Positions 24,248 through 37,069 are shown, numbered from the whole stretch's first letter. The stretch is 63,702 bases of DNA, filler included, from Pirum gemmata (GCA_002812295.1; 10 parts of 10 records of this genome joined end to end with filler, not necessarily neighbours in it); one strand, 5' to 3'. Program-made: numbers and translations. The notes: generated by a model from the sequence alone, not told the origin.

Positions 24248-26726
24248 TAATATATATAATATTATATACTCAGTTGATATACTATATAATATATTATAAC
24301 AATTATAACAATATGATATTATTAATAATATATATTATATTATATAACCATATTAATTAAAATATTAATACCAACATCAAAATCAATAATAATATCAATA
24401 TCAATGTAAAATTAGATATTAATAAATACATATTATTAATTTGTTATTATTAATACCATGACAATAACAATACAGCAACAGTGCAATATAACATATTATA
24501 GCCTTAACCATAACAACAATGTCATGATAATAATAATATACAGTTAGAGAATCAATTATTATTCTGTATATTATATATATTATAAACGTTATAAATTAAA
24601 ATAACTAAAATAATTTTTATATTTATACTGATAATATTATTCATTTTAATTTTGATATTGTTATTTTTCATATGATGGTTATGCAATATTATTTTTATTT
24701 GTTAATAATATTATCATTAACTTTCATAGTATAATTATAATATATATATAATATATACATGTGGTATAATAATGATAAAATTCATGCTTGGTACATTATA
24801 AAATTAAATTTCCATTAACATAATTTTTATATTATATTAATTAATATTCGAAATAATATAATATAATATATAAAATATAATTCTGTATAATTATATTATA
24901 TCAATTATTACCCGTATAAACGTTGTTAAACATTATCAATAATTATTAATGAATCATAATTATATAATTTTATAAAAAAATGCCGAATATCCCACATCTG
25001 GATCCATGTAATATATATAATATATTATAAATAATATATTTAACATAAAGGAACAATAAAGGTAATTCAATCATAAATTCTAGTATTAATACTAACGAAT
25101 GATGTATTCAATATTAATATGTTTATCACAATTTAAGTTTCTTTACATCAATATTTTCAGCATTCCAAATATTTTGTATAATATAATATATGAGTAAATG
25201 TTATGAATTATATTAAAAACTTATTGTATTATATTTAGTAAAGCATGTTAATTACTTGGTAAAAAATGTTTTTTTTATATAATTGAAGTCTTCGGGTGAT
25301 TCTTTATGACCTTCTTTTTGTAAGTCACTATGTGCGAGAGATTTTTTACGATTCGAGAGTATTTGAGACTAGCTAGTGAGTCTGCTAGAGCTAGACTAGA
25401 CTACCAATTTCGAAAAAAATTATTTCGTTTCCTATTTTTTTTTTTTTTATTATATTTTATTATTATTATTATTTTCAGTCCTTTTTTTTATTATTATGGT
25501 GGGGGCAATCTATACATAACATTAACTAAAAAAATGGACAAATTTTTTATGAGTTCGAAAAANNNNNNNNNNNNNNNNNNNNNNNNNNNNNNNNNNNNNN
25601 NNNNNNTTAATTAATTAANNNNNNNNNNNNNNNNNNNNNNNNNNNNNNNNNNNNNNNNNNNNTGTTATTGTTATTGTTATTGTTATTGTTATTGTTATTG
25701 TTATTGTTATTAAAACGTTATTAATGTTGTTATTGTTATATATTGTTATTGTTATTGTTATTGTTATTGTTATTGTTATTGTTATTGTTATTGTTAGTGT
25801 TAGTGTCAGTGTTATTAATATTAATTGTTATTAATAATATTGTTTTTGTAATTATTGTTATTGTTATTAATATATATATTTAATGTTATTGTTAATGTTA
25901 TTGTTATTGTTATTGTTATGAATTGTTATGGTTGTTGTTATTGTTATTGTTATTTTTATTAATTAATTATTGTTATTGTTATTGTTATTGTTATTGTTGT
26001 TGTTGTTGTTGTTATTGTTATTGTTATTGTTATTATTAATACATAAATTTTCTCCATCGCACAGTGTAGTATTTACATTTTACACTGTATTTACACAACT
26101 AAAATTGCGCAGAGCCTGCAGACAGGCCTGGCCAGGTTGCAGCAAGAAAAAAAAAAAAGTGGCATTTCAGTTTTTTTATTTATTTAGACTAATGATAANT
26201 ATATTGTTATTGTTATTAATGTTGTTATTAATGTTGTTATTGTTATTGTTATTGTTATTGTTATTGTTATTGTTATTAATTGTTATTGTTATTGTTATTG
26301 TTATTGTTATTGTTAATATTGATAACATGCACTCACATGGGATACTTGATTGCGTAATTATACTTGGATACGTAATTGTTTATGATAATTACATCATTTC
26401 TATTTCATTGTAAAGTAATAATATTAAATAATATATGATATACATTTCTTATAAGTATCAAATGAATAAACAATAATAAAAGTATAAATGAATAAGGTTT
26501 TACAACTAAAAATGTATTACTGAAAATTTATGGTTGTCAAATGGAGTTCGAATTTTAAAATCTACTATTTATTCATAGTCTAAAAAAACAAAATCGATTT
26601 TTTTCAAGCTTTGGAGAATAATATCGACAGTGTCGATGTTATTCTGATTTTTTCTTTTTTTACTATTTTTCCCTATAGTTAAAAAATTATCATTATTATT
26701 ATAAGAAGGTCTAAGAGGTATAGTGT

Positions 26727-26838
26727 ACGAAATTCATCAGGTAGGGGTTTTGGGACTGAGATGAGCATTTTAGCTCAACCCCACGAAATTCATCAGGTAG
26801 GGGTTTTGGGACTGAGATGAGCATTTTAGCTTAACCCC
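26727..26838. repeat. 56-bp tandem duplication of a hairpin-forming unit
   Basis: Two units with 1 mismatch; GGGGTT...CTGAGATG-AG-CATTTTAG...AACCCC. Confidence 0.85.
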
Positions 26839-27087
26839 ACCAGCCAACTTTAGAAAGAGATAGTCTAGGGTGTGGGTTTTTTGATAATATGATATTGGTA
26901 TTCGCTAGATTTAATTCTCGGGTCATAGCCAATGGGATTCGGTGATTTTTAGTTTACTGTTCCTTTGTTGTTTCTTGAATTATTTTTAGGACCAGTTGGC
27001 TAGTTTATGATTTTTAAAAAAGGGGAAATAATCCCACGTGTATAAGTTTGGGGGTTGATATTTCTTTTCCACCTTTAACTTAGAACT

Positions 27088-27306
27088 ATGCACTTTTGAT
27101 TTATTTTGTCACTCTGAATATTTATTTGGAGGATTATAATCTTCAAATTGAAATTTTTTTAAAATAAATACATACATATTGAAATAGTCTATACCAAATA
27201 GTTCCAAATTTTAAAATTATTAAAAATTGATTTGTTAATATTAATGTATTGTATTAATTTGCTATTTATTGTATACTTTATGATGACAAAATAACTGAAA
27301 AGCATT
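27088..27306 (-). mobile_element. MITE family A copy with small insertions
   Basis: Reverse-orientation match; GTCTA inserted at a TA (~27185-27191). Confidence 0.8.
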
Positions 27307-27319
27307 ATACTTATTTGGT

Positions 27320-27700
27320 ATCGATATAATATCATCGACTTATTTACGAAAAATATCGATTTTTTCAATATCGAATCTATATCGATTGGTGTTTTTAAAA
27401 AATCGATGTTTGGTTTGGGAACTTCGATATTTATCGAAAAAAATCGATATTTGGTTTGAGAATTTCGATATTTATCGAAAAAAATCGATATTTGGTTTGA
27501 TATTTGGTTTGAGAATTTCGATATTTATCGAAAAATATTGATTTTAGATATTGCATTTCTCCTAAAAACATCAATTTTTTATCGATTTCCAAAACTAGAA
27601 AATTTTAAAAATATCGATTTTTTTTGTAAAAAAATATCGATTTTTTTAGAAAAAAAATATCGATTTTTTGTATATAGAAAATACTTGGAAAATATCAATT
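27320..27700. repeat. ATCGAT-rich tandem repeat (~39-bp unit)
   Basis: ttcgatatttatcgaaaaaaatcgatatttggtttg repeated. Confidence 0.75.
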
Positions 27701-28936
27701 TTTTTTTTTTTTCGTTTTTTTTTTTTTTTTTTTTTTTTTTTTTCAAGTATGATACTGTATGATATCGATATCACTAGCTAGCTAGCTGGTAGCTAGCTAG
27801 TAGCTACCCTGGACCTTGGTACAGTGGTACTATCACTGGTACTATTTATAATTATTTATAAAAATATCCAAGGACTTTGAAGTCCTTGAAATATCATATT
27901 ATTATAATTATCATAACAAATTATTATAATATAGTCTATATAGCTCTTTCAAAACTAATGTTCAAGAATTATACGTTTTTTAATAATACTTGTTTGTTAG
28001 TTTGCCTTCCTTTTTTATTTTATTTTATTTATTTTATTTTTAACCCTAAGAGTCCTTAATTAAGACTAAAACCCAGACTTTTGGATTGCTTTTGACTTGT
28101 ATTTGGTTAAGAGTAGGGGTGAAATAACGTCATTTTATTATTGCCGAACAGCTGCCAGAACTTTTCCGATTTTATGGTCCCTTTTTACTACTATTACTAC
28201 TATTGATACTTCTAATACTACTACTACTACTACTACTATTATTATTACTACTTTTAGGCCTAACCCTAACCCTAACAGTCCTTAACCCTAACCCTAACCT
28301 TAACCCTAACCCCTACTACTGCTACTACTACTATCATACCACTACTACCAGTACTAGACTACCACTACTAGCTAGTAGTAGCACTGCTACTACCACTGCC
28401 ACTGACCTACTATTACTACTACTAGTATTTATTTATTTATTTATTAATTTTTACAGATAAAAATGGACAAAAAGCGAAAATGTAAAAAGTAAAAAATCAA
28501 ATATAATACTAAATTATACTAATCAAACAAAATCCTCATAGCATACACAACTTCATTAGTACAGACAAATTTTCGTACGACCTTTGTGCTGTTGTTGTTG
28601 GTGTGCACGTGGTTGTTGTTGGTGTGCACATGGTTGTTGTTGTTATTGTTGAAGTTGTGGTGGTGCGCAAAAAAACCTAATTTATATATTTGTATGACTT
28701 ATACACAAAAAAAAAAAGGAGGAGCTCCGANNNNNNNNNNNNNNNNNNNNNNNNNNNNNNNNNNNNNNNNNNNNNNNNNNNNNNNNNNNNNAAACAAACA
28801 AACAAACAAAAATAAACAAAAACAAACAAAAAAACAAACAAACATAATTGTAAAATATATTTATTAGTGTTATAATATCATAATACATTAAGAAATTTTC
28901 ATCTACTTTGTTTGTTGAGTGTAACAGAAAGGAAAA

Positions 28937-30994
28937 ATGTCTGCAGTTTCCACTTTTTTTCTTAATATCTTAGGCTTATTCGGATTTGTTCCAAAAAGTT
29001 TAAATATTAATTTTCTGGCAGTGAATAAGCATAGTTATGTTTTCAATAATCACAAATTGAACAATTACACCATGGAGTTAAATAACAATAGTTTAGGTAA
29101 AGTTAAATATTATTAAATTTTGTTATTCTTAACTATTTATATATTATTTATATTTATGTATATAATATATTCAATTTACAAATTATTTACATAATTTTAA
29201 AATTTAATTTAATATGTAGGTGTTTTTGAACAATTAAACGAACAGTTCAATCAGGTGACAATCGTAGGAAACTATCGTGGTGGCAAGTCTACTTTATGGA
29301 GTTACTTATCCACAGGACGTCTTGGAAGTTTTCCTTCTGATTCTTCTATTATGGTTTCACACACTAAAGGAGCGGAATGTTTACCATTTTTGATGGATAC
29401 TCAGAATAAAAAATCAAAAATATTGTACGTGGACTCAGAGGGTTTAGGTAATTTTACTTGTCTGTTTACTTGTCTGTTTAAATATAAGTATACAAAAACA
29501 TCTTTGTATCTTGCATTAATATATAATAAGGAACACAAAATGTATGTTGCCCTTTTCAATATATTTATTTTTTTAAAAAACTATTTATAATAACAACTAT
29601 TTATGCAAATATAAAATTTACAGTATTATAATATTATATAAACACTTTTTCAACATAATATTCACTTCGAACTGAATATGATTCTATATAATGTTATATT
29701 ATATAATTATAATATTAATTATTATTTTTCTTTATACAATATATACAATAAATAGGTTCTCGGGCTATTGATGATGTAGGATATGATGAAAAACTTGAAG
29801 CTGCAATGTTTATGGCTTCTCAAGTTGTTGTATTGCATTATCATGATGATTTGCCAAAGCAAACCCTTTTAAATGATTTAGAAAAAATTATGAGTTGGAA
29901 TATCAGTTTAGGGTATTTACATATAGTACTTAATAAACAGTTTGAAATCAAAAATACACTGCATTCGTTCAAAAAAGATTTGATGATAACTAAGCCAACT
30001 CTTGAAGAATTTGAAAATTGGACTAAAAACGAACAAGACTACTACCATACTAAAAGACTAACAGATATAAGGTACTTTCTTATTATATACTATATAAACA
30101 TAAAGAATTGATTTGGATTATAATAATATACATAAAGCTAAACCTAATTTGTTACTTCTTTGTTCATTGAATCATGATATATAATAATATATATATAATA
30201 TTAAATATATACGTACAATTAGAGATGCCTTTAAGAGTATAAATATATGGTTGCTTCCATATGAACACGTTCCAGTAAAAAATATATTCACTAGTTCTTT
30301 TCAATTGTCTTCGGAATACCGTGGCATAGTTCAAAATTTTAAAACTAAAATTGAACAACAAGTTGAAAATGAAAGGAAATTGCAAGTTGAAAAAGTTTTT
30401 GCTAATGGACAGCAATATTTAAAGTACATGAATAATGTCATTACAAGGTGATTATTTATACAATTGTATATATTATTTACATTAATAATTAATAATTAAA
30501 TAATATTAAAATATTATAATTATATATATATATAGTAACTTTTTAGTTATAATATTTTTTTAGTTGTCATATTTTTAAATGTCATTATTTAATTGCTATT
30601 TTTATTTTTATTTTTAGTTATCATATTTTTAAAACTTGGTGTTCAATATTGTTACCTAACATCATCACACACACATATATATAGAGTAAATAAAATGAAT
30701 GTGATAACAGACGGTAAGAGAAGCACCATACATGAAGAGTTTCTTAAACTTAAGTCAAAAATGGAAAACACTTTTCGAACCTGGCAAGAAAATGCAAGAA
30801 CAAAAGGATTAAAACCGGGATCCGAATATAACGAAGTCAAAAAAGAAACTATTGCTTTTTTGAATAAAATTTCAGTAGAACAACTATACTACAAGTATGA
30901 AAGTGAAATAAATAATCTGTTTTTTACACAGGATCAGGAGCTTGAAAAAAATTTAGAATTGTATAAACGAATCCAATCTGTAGAACCGTTATAA
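28937..30994 (+). CDS. Guanylate-binding-protein-like (GB1/RHD3 family) GTPase, 412 aa; exons 28937-29096, 29220-29447, 29756-30071, 30223-30447, 30685-30994
   Basis: All four introns are GT-AG and phase-compatible (1239 nt = 413 codons). Motifs: G1 VTIVGNYRGGKS, G2 SHTKG, G3 DSEGLG, IRDAF..IWLLP, helical C-terminus. Confidence 0.88.
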
Positions 30995-31309
30995 TACCCA
31001 ACATCATCATATAGCAGACAAAAACAGCTCAAAAACAAACAGCTCAATGTTTTATAACGAATAACTTCGAATATCTATTTGATACATTTTAATTAATCTT
31101 AAAAAAAAAAGCTTGTATTTATTTTTTTGAAAAATGAATGTAGAAGTAATGTAGAATGTAGTAATGTAGAATGTAGAGCAGTCTCAAATTGTGGTTGTGT
31201 AAAATTTGTTGCCCTCCAAAGTGTACATGTTAAAATTTTATAAAAGCTACCAAATTATGTAAAATAAGTGACGTAATTTTTAATAAAAACTACAGAAATG
31301 TCTACTAAA

Positions 31310-31342
<33 letters not shown>

Positions 31343-32318
31343 TAATAATTATAATGATAATAATGTAGTATCGAAGGTTATATGTTAAAGGTTTGAACAA
31401 TTGTATATTTGACTGTTTTGTTTCAGTTAGTGAAAACAAAGCCGCTTATATACGTTATTTTTATTAAGTAAATTAATTAGTAATTATAACTTTACATTGT
31501 AACATTACAGATACACATATCCACATGTATATTTATAGATATACATATATGGTAAGATGATCAACATCACTCAATCACATTCACTTATTTCTGAGGGAAA
31601 GTCCACATTATCCCGATCACCCNATCCCGGTCACCCAATCATCTATAATAGGTTAGGGTTGGGTTTAGGGTTAGAGTTATTTATATTAAATCAAGCGATC
31701 CAATTAACAGCATCACCAATCAGCATTATACCAAGCTATCCAATTAACGACATCACCAATCAGTAAGTAATCAAGATCATTACCAGTGACTTAGTAAGTA
31801 GCAAACAGGCTCGAACAAGCTAAGTAGACCCCGGTACGACACTCCCCCCATATTTTTGCAAACAAAAATCGAGAAATAATCACAAAGTAGCTTTAAGAAA
31901 AGCAAACCTTAAAGCAAACCGTTAATTCCAAAAATTAAATAAAAAAAAGAANNNNNNNNNNNNNNNNNNNNNNNNNNNNNNNNNNNNNNNNNNNNTTAAT
32001 TAATTAANNNNNNNNNNNNNNNNNNNNNNNNNNNNNNNNNNNNNNNNNNNNAAAAACAAAAAACAAAAAAAAAAACATAAAACAAAACAAAAACAAAAGC
32101 AAAACAAAATAAAACAAAATTTAAAACAAAGCAAACAAATCAAAACATAACAAATATCACAACACAACACAACACATAACACTACATAACAACAGTAAAC
32201 CAAAACAACAAAATAAACCCAACACAACACAACACAACACATAACACTACAGTAAACCAAAACAACAAAATAAACCCAACAAAATAAACAAACGAAAAAA
32301 AAAAAAAAACTCAAAAAA

Positions 32319-32867
32319 ATAAAAAAAATTAAAAATTTTTTTTTTGTCACATTTATAACTTTTTGCAACGCGTTTGTTATAAAAACTGATAATACATATT
32401 GTACTAAAGCAGGCCAACAACCATATAGTAATGGTGTATTTACCATTTGCTGTGAAGGTTTAGGTTTAGGCTATTCACCAACTCCTGACACACAAAAATT
32501 AATCTCAGATAAATTTGTTATTACTGAAAATGCCAATACTGATTATTTTCCAAGAGGAGATGAAATTGTAATAATGCAAAAGTCTTTGTATTGCATGCCA
32601 TTGGAATTTTTAAATGAAGTAATTGGTGAAGTTACTGTTGAAGTTTCTTCTACGAAAAAATCTCTAAACACTCATTGTAACGTGACCTTTGGAAGTTTAA
32701 AGTGGTTTGTAATATTTTTTATTTTGGTATGGATTTTCTTTATTGTTGATTTTTTTATTACCGATGGTGATGATGAAGATGAAGACGATGAAGAAGACTA
32801 TGATCAACAAGATGAAGTGGTATCCACTACCACTTCAGTTTTTTCCCAAGAAAAAACTAAAAAATAG
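32319..32867 (+). CDS. Putative type I membrane protein (signal peptide, Cys-containing ectodomain, TM, acidic tail); apparent start codon ATA
   Basis: Frame is open 85 codons upstream of the ORF-track ATG (32574): (I)KKIKNFFFVTFITFCNAFVIKTDNTYCTKAGQQPYSNGVFTICCEGLGLG...; preceded by a CAAA-rich leader. Confidence 0.6.
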   Translation: MKKIKNFFFVTFITFCNAFVIKTDNTYCTKAGQQPYSNGVFTICCEGLGLGYSPTPDTQKLISDKFVITENANTDYFPRGDEIVIMQKSLYCMPLEFLNEVIGEVTVEVSSTKKSLNTHCNVTFGSLKWFVIFFILVWIFFIVDFFITDGDDEDEDDEEDYDQQDEVVSTTTSVFSQEKTKK

Positions 32868-33387
32868 AAGAAAAAAAAGTAATAATAATATTACAACAAC
32901 AATATTTAATATATAAACTAACTAATAATGATAAAATTGACACTTTGATTTCCGTGAATATCAAGAATGAAAAAATTAAAAAAAAATTATTATTAATAAT
33001 AAAACAACAACATTTATTATATAAACTAATTTTTTAACTAATAATAAAAAATTGACACTTTGATTTTCTCTATAATAACATGTAAACAACAACAATAATA
33101 ATAATAAACGTAATAATAATATGTACGCACACAATAATAATATATAATTAATATTTTTTATTTTTTATATTTTCAATTAATCATAATAATTATATATTTA
33201 TAATATTATATGAACCCATGGGAGTGACTCGCATACCTTTAGACTTTCTTTAAACGCTCTAGCATATAAACTAACTAATAATGATAAAATTGACACTAAT
33301 ATGTACAATAATAATATATAATTAATATTTTTTATTTTTTACATTTTTAATTAATCATAATGTATAATTATTTATAATATTATATAA

Positions 33388-33690
33388 ACCCATGGGAGTG
33401 ACTTGCGTACCTCTAGACTTTCTTTAAACGCTCTAGCTCATAATCTCCATTACTATTGCTAATTATTAATTAAGACAATTATATAATATATAATAATAAA
33501 TAATAATATAGATGTCTTAATTAATACAACTAAATAATATTAATATATAATAAAATATTATAATATAGTACATGACTTAATCTTTATACTTATAATAATA
33601 ATCATCATCAGAGCATCAACTATGGAGATAATTATATAATATGCATTTTTAAAAAGAAAGTCTATGGGCTTAGTCACCGCCCATGTATTC
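33388..33690. mobile_element. ~300-bp putative MITE with ~40-bp imperfect TIR; left end tandemly duplicated at 33213-33265
   Basis: catgggagtgact...tagactttctttaaa vs tttaaaaagaaagtcta...agtcaccgcccatg. Confidence 0.55.
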
Positions 33691-34374
33691 TTATACACAG
33701 AGTTTACACAGCACAAATTCATTTTAGTTTAAAATTTCAAATTAATTATTAATATAAATTTTATAAACTTTAATTTCAGCTTCCGACTTTGAAGCATTTA
33801 AAAGTACCGATCGTCATTTGATGTTGTAGTAGCTAGAGTACTAGCAAGTAGTAGTAAGGGAGTGTAATAGAATATTCATTAACCCTTCCCCCTCTTTTCA
33901 TTACCCACGTGCACTTTATTATTATTATTATTTATTGGTACTTCTATTCCTTTTATAATCTGGCCATGGATTGCTTATCTTTATCCGATCTTTTTAATTC
34001 ATTTTCAACAATATTATATATACCGTGGCAAATATGTAGAGTGTACATTATTATCAGAACTGAACATACCGATCCTTAATACAAAGTGCCCGAACTAGCA
34101 AAGCATTGAATGTTACTACACTACACAAGGGTACCCATGCATATATGGGCACATAATATTATAATAATAATAGTAATAAATATAATAATAATAATAATAA
34201 TATAAATTAAAATAGAACCTTTTTTTATTTTTTACATAATGTTAAATTTAAATAGTAACTGTTAAATTTAATTAAATAGTTAAAAATAATATAATTATGT
34301 CACATTTTTTCTATAGAAAACATTTATTATATCAATTATAAAACTTATCAATTAAATGATTGTTATTTTTTAAT

Positions 34375-35202
34375 CTAAACAACATTGAAGTCATCTTTCC
34401 CATTGGAAATTGAATTATGACTGGAATGTTTAGTAACACTATCGGCACTAGAACTGTCAAGGTCCCCCCCAAAATTGTATTGATAAGCAAAATAATGCAC
34501 TACAAAACCAGCAATACCCCCGGCAAAAGGGGCTATAATGTAAAGCCATAAATAAGTAAATTGCCCAGACACCACGGCACTGGCGAAAGAGCGAGCTGGA
34601 TTGATTCCACAGCCGGTAATAGGGATTAACATAATATGGGCCAAGAACACAGCAAAACCAATAGCTAAACCAGATACAATATTAGAATACCTTTGATTTC
34701 TTTTATCAACAGCAACACCAGCCACAGTATAACAAAGTAGAGCAGTTCCAATAAATTCAGCGAAAAATGCCCCTGGTAAACTAACACCAGCAGACACACC
34801 ATTTACACCCAGGTGGGCTTGCTGGTGGTAAGTGCTAGGCCAGATCGCATACACCAAACCAACACCACACATGGCACCAAGAAATTGTACGACCATGTTA
34901 ATCAAACCTTGAAACACGTTCAATTTTCCAAACACCATAAGAGCAGCTGTAACAGCTGGGTTAAATTGGTTAGAGTCAAAGGCAGTCGTGTAAACTAAAA
35001 CCATAATGGTCATACCAAAGGCAAAAGCAATAGTTAATATGTCGGATGTCACGTCGTTGTTGGACGAACTAGTAATGTCTACTTTGGTGGAAGTGACTAC
35101 ACCTATAGTTGTGAACAAAAAGAAGAACATGCCCATAAACTCGGCAATGTAAGCTCTTAAAGCTTTAACGGTAATCGCCTCTTTAGCATTGAAAACTCCC
35201 AT
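34375..35202 (-). CDS. Aquaporin (MIP family, AQP1/PIP-like)
   Basis: AEF motifs, two NPA boxes (FNPAVT, GINPARS), six hydrophobic segments, intronless. Confidence 0.97.
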   Translation of the reverse strand: MGVFNAKEAITVKALRAYIAEFMGMFFFLFTTIGVVTSTKVDITSSSNNDVTSDILTIAFAFGMTIMVLVYTTAFDSNQFNPAVTAALMVFGKLNVFQGLINMVVQFLGAMCGVGLVYAIWPSTYHQQAHLGVNGVSAGVSLPGAFFAEFIGTALLCYTVAGVAVDKRNQRYSNIVSGLAIGFAVFLAHIMLIPITGCGINPARSFASAVVSGQFTYLWLYIIAPFAGGIAGFVVHYFAYQYNFGGDLDSSSADSVTKHSSHNSISNGKDDFNVV

Positions 35203-35842
35203 GTTTATAAATAATGTTAATTAATTAATAATATTATTTTGGAATATTATACTTTTAAATTTTGTTATGACTAATAATGATCAAGAACAATATTATATAT
35301 TATATATATTTTTTTTTAGAAATATTTGTCATTTTTTCCAGTTTTCTGATTAACACAACCATTGTTTTTATACTTTTTTTTTATTTTTTTAAAACTAATG
35401 CATGATATTATTGTTTTGTTTTGTTATTATTGATATTATTATTATTACGGTATGAATAATATTATTGAAAAAATTAAATGTATATTTTCACAAAAAATAA
35501 AGAATGGTAAACGAATAGATAATGGAATAGCAATAAAAAAAAAAAAAATAATAATAATAATAATAATAATAATACAGATAGACTATAGATATCGAGATAT
35601 CTATAGCTCTACTATGACTCATAGCTATCGTAGCTATCAGGGGTTGATACTACTTGATAGCTACTATTAGTAGCTAGTCTAGAGTAGTAGGGACAGGAGG
35701 AAGGGTCTGACCGTCTGAGGTCCCACAGTTGGTCCCACCTCAGGAGCCTACTAGCTAGCCTCAGGAAGTCTCAGGAGCAGGTCGCACCAGGGGTCTCACC
35801 TCAAAAGTTCTCAATTATTTCTGAATTTTCCAAAACCTTTTT

Positions 35843-36103
35843 CGAACTTCCAACTTCCAAGACAGAAGAGATGGTGAAAGTTCGAATATTATCCAATGAG
35901 ATTGTTGAACCCTAACCCGACTCCTAGCTAACCATAGACTCCGACATCGGTTCGGCCTGGCGGCATTGGTGAGGGCTTCGTTTACTCTTCGTTTCACCCT
36001 TTGGCGCAATCATCGCATCCCCTGTGTCACAATTGAATAGTAATTGGACGGGGATTTGGAGCCCAAACTAGCCCAATCAAATAGAAACTTCTTTCAAGAT
36101 TTT
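35843..36103 (+). ncRNA. Candidate structured ncRNA (speculative; telomerase-RNA-like features)
   Basis: GC-rich island, several stems, single AACCCTAACCC at 35908-35918, no T4 run until the T tract at 36100. Confidence 0.2.
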
Positions 36104-36434
36104 TTTTTTTTTTTTTTTTATATATAATATGCTGCTACCTAATTATTATGTATACACACTGCATACATTAAACACCACTTATTTATTATAATAACATCAC
36201 ATACATGTTATTCCACATTATTATTATTTTAATTATTTGCAATGAGGCGCTAGGGTAACATAAAAATTATTAGTTTTTAAAAAAACTCCAGCTACGGGAA
36301 TTTGTTGAAGTATCATTCTGATAATGCAGTGTTAGAAAATTCAAAATTTCTTTCGATAACTCGATTCGTGATGTTTGTTTACATTAAAGTTTGAAGATGC
36401 TTCTCAACAGTTAATGATTCATATGAGTACTGAG

Positions 36435-36439
36435 CAACT

Positions 36440-36472
<33 letters not shown>

Positions 36473-36490
36473 GCAACAACAACAGCAACT

Positions 36491-36567
<77 letters not shown>

Positions 36568-36647
36568 TACTATCACACCACCACCACCACAACNNNNNNN
36601 NNNNNNNNNNNNNNNNNNNNNNNNNNNNNNNNNNNNNNNNNNNNNNC

Positions 36648-36732
<85 letters not shown>

Positions 36733-36745
36733 CTACAACAACAAC
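36435..36745. repeat. (CAA)n microsatellite with internal gap
   Basis: Direct reading. Confidence 0.95.
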
Positions 36746-37069
36746 TATATATACATACAACTAGCTATCAGATAGGTTAATTTTAATTAAATGGCTTAAA
36801 ATAAAAAACTGCATTTCTAAGTAGGCTCTTTCTCTATGCACTGAAAAAAAAAAGACATGTCAAAAGGAGTCTGTAGGGACTAGTCTAGCTACTACTAGCT
36901 CTAGCTAGTAGTAGGGCTAGTCTAGCTAGCCACCCCCTCTTACTTACTGACCTATGCTTCCACAAATAGTGAATCTACTTCCTGATGACATCATAAAATT
37001 CATATTTTCCCCATCTTATGAAGTCAATGATAATGACGAAGAACAAAAAAAAAAAAAACAGATAATATA

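Larger units (their letters stand above)
22050..25400. repeat. Large degenerate inverted repeat (foldback-like): arms ~22050-22990 and ~24290-25400, modular centre
   Basis: aataattattgataatgtttaacaacgttta (~22493) vs taaacgttgttaaacattatcaataattatt (~24917); tgctaaaaatattgatgtaaa (~22309) vs tttacatcaatattttcagca (~25142). Further copies of the arm at 19271-19640 and 21550-21760. Confidence 0.75.

Noticed and set aside
27400..27540. CRISPR-like appearance of short direct repeats (also 20460-20640, 26727-26838)
   Set aside because: No unique equal-length spacers, no cas genes, eukaryotic context.
35815..36009. 64-aa basic ORF on the minus strand
   Set aside because: Non-ATG start, no recognisable motif; open frame explained by local GC content.
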